DNA of 64,000 bases from a virus (Duplodnaviria > Caudoviricetes), in IMG/VR virus record IMGVR_UViG_3300014204_000179, positions 5,325-69,324 of that record, one strand, 5' to 3'. The notes below the pieces were generated by a model. That model was not told the origin of the DNA. It searched no databases and saw nothing but the letters and a program-made list of their open reading frames with translations. Shown here piece after piece: positions 26,687 to 36,554 of this stretch. The number at the start of each line of letters is the position of its first letter. The first letter of the stretch is position 1. The position numbers and the translations under genes were made by a program.

Positions 26687-27399
26687 ACTTTATTTAATGT
26701 TGAAGCACCTAAATGATATCCTCTTGTTAATTTTAATTGTAAATATGGGTCTAAAATTGATCCAATATCTATATATGTATTTTCTTTACTACAAAATTCC
26801 CATAACTCAAATGTAAGTACGTTTGCAAGAGGACCTGCAGCAAAAAGAAATAATTCATTTTTTATTTTTTTAGATAAAATATATTTTGCAATTTCAATAA
26901 ATAATAAATAATTTTCATACCATGCATCTGTACCAACATACCATACTTTATTAGGTATAATAGGTAATTTATCAAGTTTTGAATTTTCATTAATAACTAA
27001 ATTAACAACATTATTGTTTAATTCAGGTATTAATTCGGAAATTGTTTTAATATAATTAGCATTAACAAAAATATTTGCCCATGTTAAATGTTCTTCATCC
27101 TGACCAGATTTTTCTTTCATATATAAATATTTTTCCTGTCCAACACAACATGGGCATGCAATTCCAATATAATAATTATTATCAATATGTGTATATGATG
27201 TTTTTAATCTATTTTTTACTTGATCATATTGTGATAAATTAGGGTCATATCTAAATTCACCATTACCTTTTGAACGAATGTCAATATATTTACCTTCAAG
27301 TATTGATAATTCACCATCACCCCAACGAGATAAAGAAAAATGTTCACCAGACTTAATCTTATTTAAAAATTTATAAAAATCACCTTCAAATGTTTTCAT
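26674..27399 (-). CDS. GT-D-fold (DUF1792)-like glycosyltransferase
   Basis: FSLSRWGDGE...LFAAGPLAN...YIDIGSILD. Confidence 0.65.
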   Translation of the reverse strand: MKTFEGDFYKFLNKIKSGEHFSLSRWGDGELSILEGKYIDIRSKGNGEFRYDPNLSQYDQVKNRLKTSYTHIDNNYYIGIACPCCVGQEKYLYMKEKSGQDEEHLTWANIFVNANYIKTISELIPELNNNVVNLVINENSKLDKLPIIPNKVWYVGTDAWYENYLLFIEIAKYILSKKIKNELFLFAAGPLANVLTFELWEFCSKENTYIDIGSILDPYLQLKLTRGYHLGASTLNKVCIW

Positions 27400-27400
27400 A

Positions 27401-28135
27401 TTATTTTAGATCATTAACTGTTTTCCAACCATTATCTATACAATATTTACATACATTTCCTCTTTCTTCATAATGTGATCCTTTTTTCCATGAAGCATTT
27501 ATATCGTTACCAATTTCATTTCCGGTTTTAAAATCTGAACTCCATAAATCTTTATTATTTTCAGGGTGTGGGGGAACAAACGTATTAATATTTCCATATT
27601 TTTGTGTGAGAAATGAAAACATAATATCTTCACCATTGTCCCAAGTAAATGGTTTTTCATACCATAAATATTTTATCCATTCTTGTCTAAAAAACCAAGC
27701 ATGACCGACTAAATCAACTCTTTTAGTATTTGGTAAATGTTGACCATTCCAACCAACCTTTTCAAAAGGTATATATGATTTTTCTTTAAGTATTACACCA
27801 CTACCCCCAAGAATACCATTTGTTTCTGATTTTTCAATTGTTTCCATACAATTTTTAAACCAGTCTTTTTGTGGAATAGTATCATCATCAAATATTGCAA
27901 TAAATGGGGTTTTAATTAAAAGTGGTATAGTAAATCTTCCAAAAAATTTAGTATTCCAATTACAAGCATATGTTTTAATTTCTTTATCAATTGGAAAATA
28001 TTGTGCAACATCACTTTTATTATACCAAACATGAATATTTTCACTTTTAATTAATATTGATTGATTTCTTATTGCCTCAATTTGTTTTTCAAGCATATGA
28101 GGTCTTTTATAGACATTTAATATTATACTTATCAT
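27401..28135 (-). CDS. GT2-family glycosyltransferase
   Basis: ILNVYKR, FIAIFDDD, VDLVGHAWFF, GEDI. Confidence 0.8.
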   Translation of the reverse strand: MISIILNVYKRPHMLEKQIEAIRNQSILIKSENIHVWYNKSDVAQYFPIDKEIKTYACNWNTKFFGRFTIPLLIKTPFIAIFDDDTIPQKDWFKNCMETIEKSETNGILGGSGVILKEKSYIPFEKVGWNGQHLPNTKRVDLVGHAWFFRQEWIKYLWYEKPFTWDNGEDIMFSFLTQKYGNINTFVPPHPENNKDLWSSDFKTGNEIGNDINASWKKGSHYEERGNVCKYCIDNGWKTVNDLK

Positions 28136-29097
28136 AATTTACCAATATATTTTTGAGTATAAACACCACCTTTACCGTTTTTTCTTACATCACAATGTAA
28201 TTTCGAATCATCATTTCCATCATGATAAACCAAAGATTTATCCGTTCTATATATTGAACCACACATGCTTTTAATCGCTGCACCTATTTGTGTCCATGCT
28301 TGAACAGGAGTTCCCGGTTTACTTACAATTTCAGCATCTACTGGTTTCATTTCATAATTCATAAATTTAATTACATTATCATCAATTAATGCAATTCCGT
28401 CTACAAAATCATTTCTTTTCCACCAACTTTCATATTCACTTTCTTTATTGAATGACCATAAATGTGGTGATATTACCATAACATATTCTTGGGTTTCTTT
28501 TATTTGAAAATATAAATCAACTATATTATCTAAAAAATTATCTGATAATATAAAATCATCATCCATTTGTAATACAGTATGACATTGGATGTTTTTTAAA
28601 TGTTCCCACATTTGATTATAACAATACCAATGTAATACTTTTCCATTTGGTTTATCATTACTTAAATAAATTATATTTGGAAATTCTTTTGTTAATGATT
28701 TATACTTTAGATTGGTAGAACCATCATTTAATAAAATAATTTTAAAGGTATATTTCGTTGGTTGTTGATAAAATTGTTTAATTAATCTTTTTACTTTTTC
28801 ATATCGATTAAAAGAAGGAATACAAATTACTACATCATAATCAACAAATGCCTTTTTTTGATAAATTATTGATTTATCTACACCATGTGAAATTCTAATA
28901 TTAACAATTTGTGGATTTTTACCATAAATTCGCAACCTTTCCCTATCAATATGATTCATATTATTAATTATTAAATTCTTATTTTGTTTAAATTTATTAA
29001 ACTTATTTATATTTTTTTCAAGAAAAATTTGTTTAGTTAATATAATTTCATTTCTTTTTTTTATTAATTTTTTTATGTCAATATTTTTTCTCTTCAT
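28132..29097 (-). CDS. GT2-family glycosyltransferase
   Basis: VVICIPSFNR, ILLNDGST, LQMDDDF. Confidence 0.8.
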   Translation of the reverse strand: MKRKNIDIKKLIKKRNEIILTKQIFLEKNINKFNKFKQNKNLIINNMNHIDRERLRIYGKNPQIVNIRISHGVDKSIIYQKKAFVDYDVVICIPSFNRYEKVKRLIKQFYQQPTKYTFKIILLNDGSTNLKYKSLTKEFPNIIYLSNDKPNGKVLHWYCYNQMWEHLKNIQCHTVLQMDDDFILSDNFLDNIVDLYFQIKETQEYVMVISPHLWSFNKESEYESWWKRNDFVDGIALIDDNVIKFMNYEMKPVDAEIVSKPGTPVQAWTQIGAAIKSMCGSIYRTDKSLVYHDGNDDSKLHCDVRKNGKGGVYTQKYIGKL

Positions 29098-29815
29098 ATT
29101 GATTGTAATTAGTTGTATTATAATTAACTTTATTTTTTCCGTCTTGTCTGTTTTGTGTATAATAAGAGTATTTTTTTGTTTGAAGATTTAAATTTAATTC
29201 AGGAAATATATCAATATGCACTACTCTAATATTTTCTATTTTTTTTAATTCATATCCACGTTCTCTCATTTTATTATTCAACATAAAATCCCAATATGTT
29301 GATTCATCTACTATCCAAAAATTAATGTCTTCAACTACTTTTCTTCTTTGCATATTTACACATGTTACTATATCACTATCACCAAATTTAATTCCCTCAA
29401 ATTCAATTATGTTTGAAATAGGTAATTTTCCACCAACACCGTTTCTTTTTAACATTAATTGACCAATTTTTGGAAATTTATCCATAATTTTAACCATGTC
29501 ACGCAAAAAAAATTCAGTAATTGGAGGACAATCATTATCAAGTTGAACTACGTATTCACAATCTTCGTCTAAATTTTCATATCCAAGTTTAGTTCCACCA
29601 AAATCACCAAGATTTATATCTGAATAAATTGGTTTAATTTTATAATAACCTTCTTTTACTAAAGATTTTATCCATTCTTTTGTTCCATCAGTTGATGCTT
29701 GATCAATCATAATTACTTTATAGTTATCATAACCTGCTAACCTATCTACTTCTCTTAATGTTAAAACGCTGTATTCCAGTCTGTTACAACACCTCATAAT
29801 AAAATTAACTCTCAT
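29078..29815 (-). CDS. GT2-family glycosyltransferase
   Basis: IMIDQASTDGT, NLG, VVQLDND. Confidence 0.8.
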   Translation of the reverse strand: MRVNFIMRCCNRLEYSVLTLREVDRLAGYDNYKVIMIDQASTDGTKEWIKSLVKEGYYKIKPIYSDINLGDFGGTKLGYENLDEDCEYVVQLDNDCPPITEFFLRDMVKIMDKFPKIGQLMLKRNGVGGKLPISNIIEFEGIKFGDSDIVTCVNMQRRKVVEDINFWIVDESTYWDFMLNNKMRERGYELKKIENIRVVHIDIFPELNLNLQTKKYSYYTQNRQDGKNKVNYNTTNYNQYEEKKY

Positions 29816-29828
29816 ATATTTTTATGTA

Positions 29829-30719
29829 TTAAATAATTATAATGTTTTTCAAATTTATTTTTTTGCGGGGTAATCCAATTCCATTCTTATTTAAATAGAT
29901 TAATTCATAAAAATTTTTTATTGATTTTTGTTTATTAATAGTTAAAATGGAACAATTACCTCTTTTACTTGTTTTATTCTTTATAATGTGTTCTATATTA
30001 TTTTTAGTTAAATATTTAACAAATGTTGACCAATCATAATTATATGTAGAACTAAATTCAATTCTTGCTTTAATATTTTTATTTGTTATATAATTTATAT
30101 TTATACAACCGTCACCGTCAAAATATCCCAAAATAAAAAAAGATTTTAAATGAGATGGAATAATATTAAAATTAGTTTTTGATTTAATATCATAATCCAT
30201 TTCTTTTAAAAAATTAAATAATTCAATTGAATATGATTTAATTAATTTTTGATTTTTAACTTGTTTTTTATTATTAAATTTATCAATAGAATAAACTGAA
30301 ATTGAATTACTTATTCTCCAAACATTACCTCTTATATTTTTAATGATGTTATTAAATAAATATTCTGCATCTTCTTCAACTAAAGATATTGATGATTTAT
30401 GTGTATTTCTTTTAATTATATTACCGTCTGCCCAAAAATATCCTAAAAAATATGCAACTTCAGGAGTATTAGGGTTTATATATTCAAATGGATTATAATT
30501 TTTTATGTTATTTTCTTGTTGTGATTTAGATTGTAATTCCCGTGATTTTTCCTTTGAAACTTTAAGTCCTAATGATTTTGCTTTTAAAAATGTTGAGCTT
30601 TTAGGTTTTTTTAACTTATTAAAAGAAAATTTCAATCCTTCATCAGAATAATTTTCTTTCAAAAAATCAATTTCCTTTTCAGTCCATATTTTTCCTTTGT
30701 TATTATCCATAAATAACAT
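29829..30719 (-). CDS. LAGLIDADG homing endonuclease
   Basis: Two motifs, AYFLGYFWADG and FILGYFDGDGC; N-terminal WTEKEIDFLKENY. Confidence 0.85.
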   Translation of the reverse strand: MLFMDNNKGKIWTEKEIDFLKENYSDEGLKFSFNKLKKPKSSTFLKAKSLGLKVSKEKSRELQSKSQQENNIKNYNPFEYINPNTPEVAYFLGYFWADGNIIKRNTHKSSISLVEEDAEYLFNNIIKNIRGNVWRISNSISVYSIDKFNNKKQVKNQKLIKSYSIELFNFLKEMDYDIKSKTNFNIIPSHLKSFFILGYFDGDGCININYITNKNIKARIEFSSTYNYDWSTFVKYLTKNNIEHIIKNKTSKRGNCSILTINKQKSIKNFYELIYLNKNGIGLPRKKINLKNIIII

Positions 30720-30732
30720 TTATTATATTTAC

Positions 30733-31365
30733 TTACAAATTATGTTTTATTCTTATTGCATTTATAGCGTCAATCTCGCTGTTTGTATTTGAAGTGATAC
30801 CAGAATCAAGGTAATATGCATAAAATGTCTGATTCTGCACCAAAATGCCCTTAGTGCCATTTTTTACAATAGTTAACCAAAGATCATAATCTTGAAGTCT
30901 TTTTAATTTTTCATCAAATCCGGGAAATAATTCTCTACGAATTAGACTCATTGTTGAAATATAATTTCCCCGCATTAATATACTTACATTAAAATCAACC
31001 GCAGGTATTTCAAAATTACCATGCATGGGATGTGATTCGGGATGTAAAACAATACCTCGATATCCCGTGTATGCAAAACCAATTCCCGGATTTTTAATTA
31101 AAACATTATATAGTGATTCAATATAATTTGCAGGAAGAAGAATATCATCATCACAGAAGAAAATAAATGGTTGTGTTGATTTTTTAAAACCAGCATTTCT
31201 TTTTTTAGGTGCACTACCTTCATCATCATTAATTATTATTTCATTAATATTATTTGCTTCGATTAATGGTAATACCATATTTTCAAAAAAATCTTTTCTG
31301 TTTTTACTTAACGGAATAATTACACTAATTGGTAATCCATCATCAATACTATCTATTTTTATCAT
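30733..31365 (-). CDS. GT2-family glycosyltransferase
   Basis: ISVIIP, APKKRNAG, FIFFCDDD, RLQDYDLWL. Confidence 0.85.
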   Translation of the reverse strand: MIKIDSIDDGLPISVIIPLSKNRKDFFENMVLPLIEANNINEIIINDDEGSAPKKRNAGFKKSTQPFIFFCDDDILLPANYIESLYNVLIKNPGIGFAYTGYRGIVLHPESHPMHGNFEIPAVDFNVSILMRGNYISTMSLIRRELFPGFDEKLKRLQDYDLWLTIVKNGTKGILVQNQTFYAYYLDSGITSNTNSEIDAINAIRIKHNL

Positions 31366-31366
31366 A

Positions 31367-32215
31367 TTAATAAAAAAATTTATCTTTTTCGGTTATTTTA
31401 TCTCTTAAATTCATTATTCTTTGACTAAAACATGAATTCCAAGATGGAATGAAACGTGTTGAATATATTAAATGATACATATCAATCAAAGCATCTGTTA
31501 TTACTTCATCTTTATTAATATTCCCATAATGTATGTTTGTTTTTCCTGTAGGTATTTTACAAGGTTTTGTGTATTGAATTATGTTAAATTTATTACTTAG
31601 TGCTCCATAAAATTTATCATAAGCATAATAATCATCAGTAGCTAAATAAACAGTATCGAATTTAGCAAATAGTTTTAATATTTCTGGAATAAAATTACAA
31701 AAATCATGTTTCATATCAGTATTTCTATAATGAACACCAATATAATTATAATAAATTTTATTTTTCGAAATCATATTAACAATATTTTCATTTACTTTTA
31801 TATACCAAGGAGCATATAATCCATCCCAAACCCAACTACCACCATTATCAATCCAACTACAATATATTATTTTTTTATTACTTTTTAATATATTATTGTC
31901 ACAGGCATTAATATTAATTATTTTATCATTTAACCAATAACTGTCTTGAGAATCTGCATAGTTTTTACAATTTGCTTTAATATATGGTTCAAAAATATCT
32001 TTATTTAAAGTACTGTCTTGATATAAACAATCATAATTAGTCGAATAATTAAAATTTGGTATATTAATATATTTATTAAAATCATTTTCAAATGGAAAAT
32101 AATTACAATCAATAATAAGAAATCTATTTAATGTTTTACTTAAATGTATTGCATTATTAATTTGACCTAACATATGATTCAAACCACCTGAAACCTTATA
32201 AATTAAATATTTCAT
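31367..32215 (-). CDS. Fucosyltransferase-like (NodZ/GT23-like) glycosyltransferase
   Basis: SGGLNHML, IGVHYRNTD, VYLATDD, ALIDMY.L...S.FS. Confidence 0.65.
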   Translation of the reverse strand: MKYLIYKVSGGLNHMLGQINNAIHLSKTLNRFLIIDCNYFPFENDFNKYINIPNFNYSTNYDCLYQDSTLNKDIFEPYIKANCKNYADSQDSYWLNDKIININACDNNILKSNKKIIYCSWIDNGGSWVWDGLYAPWYIKVNENIVNMISKNKIYYNYIGVHYRNTDMKHDFCNFIPEILKLFAKFDTVYLATDDYYAYDKFYGALSNKFNIIQYTKPCKIPTGKTNIHYGNINKDEVITDALIDMYHLIYSTRFIPSWNSCFSQRIMNLRDKITEKDKFFY

Positions 32216-32898
32216 TCTTCAAACACAATAGGTAATTCTTCTTTATATTTTTCTGTAAATTGTTGTCGATTTAATTCCCATTCTTGATTTGTAATTCCAA
32301 CCGATTTATGTAAAATTCTAAAATCAGTAGTGACACCAATATTACAACCAGCTAAATAATTTGGAACACAAAAACTTAAATCATAAAAATGAAATCCTTT
32401 AAATTCTTCATCGAATTGTGTTTCAATATTATTACAATCAACTGCCATGAATACTCCATCCACCAAAACTACAGGTACAATAAATCCTTTTTTTGGTTTT
32501 GAATATTCATTTACCCAAGTATTATAACCATCTGTGTGTTCTACAATACCAAACATTTTTAATCTATCATGCCACCAACAACCATTTTCATGAAGAAATG
32601 TTGTTCCCGCAACACCAATTATACTATAATTAGTATTATTAAATTTTGTTAATAATAATTTACCCCAATTTTTAGTTCTGAAAATAATATCATTATGGCA
32701 AAACACCATAATTGAATTAGTATCATTATGTTCACGAATTGCTTGGTTATAAATTTGTGGAAGGCTGAATTGATTAAAATTCGTATAGAAAACTATTTTA
32801 TTTTTTACTCCAATAGTATCATTAACATGTTTAATGAATTTTTGATTTTCTTTTTCAGATAAATGTGAGGAAAAAACAACAATAATTTTATTTTTCAT
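32212..32898 (-). CDS. Glycosyltransferase-like family 2 protein
   Basis: YNQA, MVFCHNDI, IGVAG, VLVDGVFMA, FDE.FKGFHFYDLSFC. Confidence 0.8.
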   Translation of the reverse strand: MKNKIIVVFSSHLSEKENQKFIKHVNDTIGVKNKIVFYTNFNQFSLPQIYNQAIREHNDTNSIMVFCHNDIIFRTKNWGKLLLTKFNNTNYSIIGVAGTTFLHENGCWWHDRLKMFGIVEHTDGYNTWVNEYSKPKKGFIVPVVLVDGVFMAVDCNNIETQFDEEFKGFHFYDLSFCVPNYLAGCNIGVTTDFRILHKSVGITNQEWELNRQQFTEKYKEELPIVFEE

Positions 32899-32969
32899 TA
32901 ATTTAAAATTGGTATGTTTAGAATTTAAATAACTGTAAACATACCAATTTTAAATAAAAGATGCAAGGA

Positions 32970-33284
32970 TTATTGATTTTGGTAGTTAGTTAATTTTGCT
33001 TCATAGTCAGCTTTTGCTTTAGATATTGGAAAGGGAATTCTAATTACTGCACCGTCCGGAATATCAAATTCATTTAAATATTCTGGATTTGCATATAAAA
33101 TTATAAAATCATAAAATGGATTACCATAATATTTTTGTGAAAATTTATCCATTCTACTAAAATTTGTGTTCCAATTTTCAAATTTATCACTTGGATTAAT
33201 TGGTATTGAAACAAATGGCATCATACTCGATGTACCATCGTTATTTTTTAAAATTGTATATCTTTTATAATCAGTATATGGCAT
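32970..33284 (-). CDS. LysM-like baseplate wedge / tail X-type protein
   Basis: RMDKFSQKYYGNP....IILYANP....IPDGAVIRIP. Confidence 0.55.
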   Translation of the reverse strand: MPYTDYKRYTILKNNDGTSSMMPFVSIPINPSDKFENWNTNFSRMDKFSQKYYGNPFYDFIILYANPEYLNEFDIPDGAVIRIPFPISKAKADYEAKLTNYQNQ

Positions 33285-33296
33285 AATTTTTATGTT

Positions 33297-36200
33297 TTAT
33301 CTTTCAGGATTTTTCTTTTTATCTTCCACTTTTAATGTTGCAACTTTTGTTGCTAAAACACCTTCCATATATGCTGCTTGATTTTCAGCAGCTTTAGAAG
33401 GTAATGCGTAAACACCTTCATTTGAATAAGTTGAGTTTGCATAATAATTGTAAGATACTGCATTTTGTAGTGCATCAATAGGTCCTTTTAATGATTGACC
33501 ACCAATAATTTTAATATTTAAAGTAATATTTGCAAGCATTGGTTGCATACCAAAACCTTCAGGGTTCAAATCCCAAGTAGTATCAGTATAATCAATATTT
33601 AAAGTTTCAATTATAATTTTAGTATACATAAAATCAGCAATTCTTAAAATACAAATTGGTTGACGACCAAATACTGAATTTTTTGCTCTATATGTTCCAT
33701 TTTCTTCGATTGTACTATATTTTTTAGCTGCACCTTGTCTTAAACATTGATGTAAAAATGTTAATCTTTTATGAAAATCTTCTGGTGTTTGTGAATGAAA
33801 AGCGGATTGAAAATAATTACCACTTATTGCTTTAAAACCGTTTAATATTCCAGTATTAATTGTTTTTTCTTCATAAACTAATGAATTGTCATTTATAGAA
33901 TTTGTTTGAATCGGATTATTTTGTACAATAACTTCATCTTGATTAGTTTTTGGTAATTTTGGTGTATATGGTTTAGAATTTCTTTTAAAATGTATTGTTG
34001 CATATCTTTCTTCTTTAGTTACTTTTTCCGGAATTGCTGCTTTAGTTGCATTATCTATACTTGCTTCAGAACCCCCTTTACTTCCTTTAACAATAGTCCC
34101 ATTAGATTTTTTTGAGGTAATGGTATCATCAGCTTTAATAGTAATTTTATCTGCAATTGTTTGACCAAAAATTGCTGTTAATCTTTTTTTAACTAAAATT
34201 ATTGTAGCATCTACTCTACGTTTAGCAAGATCAATATTATAATCATTACCTGCAACAACATCTTTAGAATTTAATTCAGTATATAATTTTGATGTACCTG
34301 CCCAAACAGTAACATCATAATATTCTCTTGCTTCTTCATTATCATATAAATCTTTAAGAGAATTATTTAAAATATTTTTACCAAATTGATCTTCAATATT
34401 ACCAATATTATATTGTGAAATATATGTACTTGCACTTAATGTATATGGTGGATTATTTATTTCAGTTAATCCTGATATTATATAAATTAATTCATTAATA
34501 CCAAATGTTTTGTCTCCATTTTTTGGTATTACATCTTTAGCAATTTCATATGCCATATCATTATACATTCTATCAAAAATAGTGGCATCGTTATTTATTT
34601 TTGGTTCGTCATTCGGAAATGATATATTAATATCATTTTGTTTATTAAAATTAGGTTCAGGTGTTGATAATTCTGGATTTTTATTTTCAGTTTCTTTCTT
34701 TTTTAATGGAGGTTTAATATATGGATCACCACCAAAAGCAAAAAAATTAGCAATCTCTTTTTGTTTATTTGTTCCTTTAAATTTTTTATTTTTTAATTGT
34801 TCCGGATAATCAATAAGTAACGTGAAAGTAAGCGTAGCACTTCTTTCAGAATTCATATAATTATACATTGGTTCATTCCTACCAATCATAACCGTTGATT
34901 CGAATTTTGCAATTGCAGTTTCTTGAATATTAATACCATATGGTGGAAACCACATAACACGACCATTAAAAGCACCTAATTCACTTACTGGAATTTGTGT
35001 ACCATATTCATCATCCATTATTGCATAATCATCATTTGGATCATTTGCAAAAACACCTACAGCAAGATTTTCAATAGAGAACATTAAATTCCTATTATTA
35101 ATAATATTTTTATTTGATGTTGTATCTATTGTTGGATGAATTCTTGGTAAAACCGATTTATAAATTACGGAATTTTCATTACCATTATATAATTCATTTC
35201 CATTAAATCTAATTGCTTTAGCAAATCTATCATATTGATCTAAAGCACTGTGTTGACGTATACCTGATTTACCAGCATTATCACCAATATATTTACTATC
35301 ATTTGCTGTCCAAAGTGCAGAACCATTATAACCAACAAATTTATCCCCTTTTTTAAATGCTTTTTTTGTGATATCAATAGATTCACCACCAGATGCTGTT
35401 AATAAATTTCTTGTATATTCCAATAAACCCTTTCTTACGTCAAATTTAGTTGTTATATTTCTTTTTGTGGATTCAAAATTATTTTTAACTTCATCTGTAT
35501 CACCACGCAATTCTTTATTTGTTTTATCAATTAAATCATTAACCCCGGTAGAACCCCAAATAAATTTATCTAACAAATTATCATTACTAAATTCGGTTGT
35601 TGTATTTTCATCAACCCATTCATTAATTTCTGTTTTATTTTTTAGTGAAAAAGTTTTACCTAAATTTTTAATATAATCAACATCAGCAGCATATTCTTGT
35701 ATAGTATTACCATCTAAATTAAATGAATTATACATACCTTTATTTGCTCTATCAACAAAATTCGATAATGCAGTTGAATTATATAAGTAAGGATAGAATT
35801 TTTTGTTATCAAAAGTAAAAAATGTTGTTTTACCTAACGAAATTCTTGGTTTTATTGATTCATTAGCTTTGTCAGCATAAGTAATAAAAACATTATTTTC
35901 AGTATTATTATTAGGTTTAAATATATTTTTATTAACAGCTTGAAATAAAAAGCTTAATTGTCCAGTACCTGTTTTTTTAATATAATCATTGTTTGTTGAT
36001 TGACTATCAAAATCATTATCTTTTTTTGGATACCAAAATTTTAATCTATCAATAAAGTTACTAAATGTTCCAATATCTGCTCTGGTAGTTACCCGATAAT
36101 CTTTATTTGCTGTAAATAATTTAGTTTTTGGATTTCCATCAAATAAATTAGAAATTTTAATAACTGGAAGTGTTTGTTGGGAAATATGTGATGACGCATT

Positions 36201-36515
36201 ATATGCTAATTGTGTTCCCAACATTGCCAATCCAATTTTAGTTAATGGTGTTGGATTATCTATAAGTCTTCCATATACAGTATTTTCTAAATTAAATGAT
36301 TTAAATGGTGCAACAATTGTAGCAATACTATTAATTGAATCAACAATTTTTGATCCGGTTGTAGGATTTGAAAGATTATATTCTTTATCAAGATCATAAA
36401 GATTACGAGAAATCAATACTTCTCTAAAATCATTTGAATTAGTTAATAATCTTGAGTTTGTAACACCTTGAGTATTATTATTACCATTTACACTACCAGC
36501 AAATATTGTTGACAT
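33297..36515 (-). CDS. Large tail/baseplate structural protein
   Basis: 1072-aa ORF directly downstream of the tape measure gene and preceded by GTATTTAT (36532-36539). Confidence 0.55.
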   Translation of the reverse strand: MSTIFAGSVNGNNNTQGVTNSRLLTNSNDFREVLISRNLYDLDKEYNLSNPTTGSKIVDSINSIATIVAPFKSFNLENTVYGRLIDNPTPLTKIGLAMLGTQLAYNASSHISQQTLPVIKISNLFDGNPKTKLFTANKDYRVTTRADIGTFSNFIDRLKFWYPKKDNDFDSQSTNNDYIKKTGTGQLSFLFQAVNKNIFKPNNNTENNVFITYADKANESIKPRISLGKTTFFTFDNKKFYPYLYNSTALSNFVDRANKGMYNSFNLDGNTIQEYAADVDYIKNLGKTFSLKNKTEINEWVDENTTTEFSNDNLLDKFIWGSTGVNDLIDKTNKELRGDTDEVKNNFESTKRNITTKFDVRKGLLEYTRNLLTASGGESIDITKKAFKKGDKFVGYNGSALWTANDSKYIGDNAGKSGIRQHSALDQYDRFAKAIRFNGNELYNGNENSVIYKSVLPRIHPTIDTTSNKNIINNRNLMFSIENLAVGVFANDPNDDYAIMDDEYGTQIPVSELGAFNGRVMWFPPYGINIQETAIAKFESTVMIGRNEPMYNYMNSERSATLTFTLLIDYPEQLKNKKFKGTNKQKEIANFFAFGGDPYIKPPLKKKETENKNPELSTPEPNFNKQNDINISFPNDEPKINNDATIFDRMYNDMAYEIAKDVIPKNGDKTFGINELIYIISGLTEINNPPYTLSASTYISQYNIGNIEDQFGKNILNNSLKDLYDNEEAREYYDVTVWAGTSKLYTELNSKDVVAGNDYNIDLAKRRVDATIILVKKRLTAIFGQTIADKITIKADDTITSKKSNGTIVKGSKGGSEASIDNATKAAIPEKVTKEERYATIHFKRNSKPYTPKLPKTNQDEVIVQNNPIQTNSINDNSLVYEEKTINTGILNGFKAISGNYFQSAFHSQTPEDFHKRLTFLHQCLRQGAAKKYSTIEENGTYRAKNSVFGRQPICILRIADFMYTKIIIETLNIDYTDTTWDLNPEGFGMQPMLANITLNIKIIGGQSLKGPIDALQNAVSYNYYANSTYSNEGVYALPSKAAENQAAYMEGVLATKVATLKVEDKKKNPER

Positions 36516-36554
36516 TAATTAATCTTTTTAAATAAATACTTACGGAATAATTTT

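Noticed and set aside
33611-33629. Near-match (reverse strand ATGTATACTAAAATTATAA) to the predicted TnpB guide
   Set aside because: It needs a 2-nt gap in the seed plus a mismatch, which is expected by chance in DNA this AT-rich.
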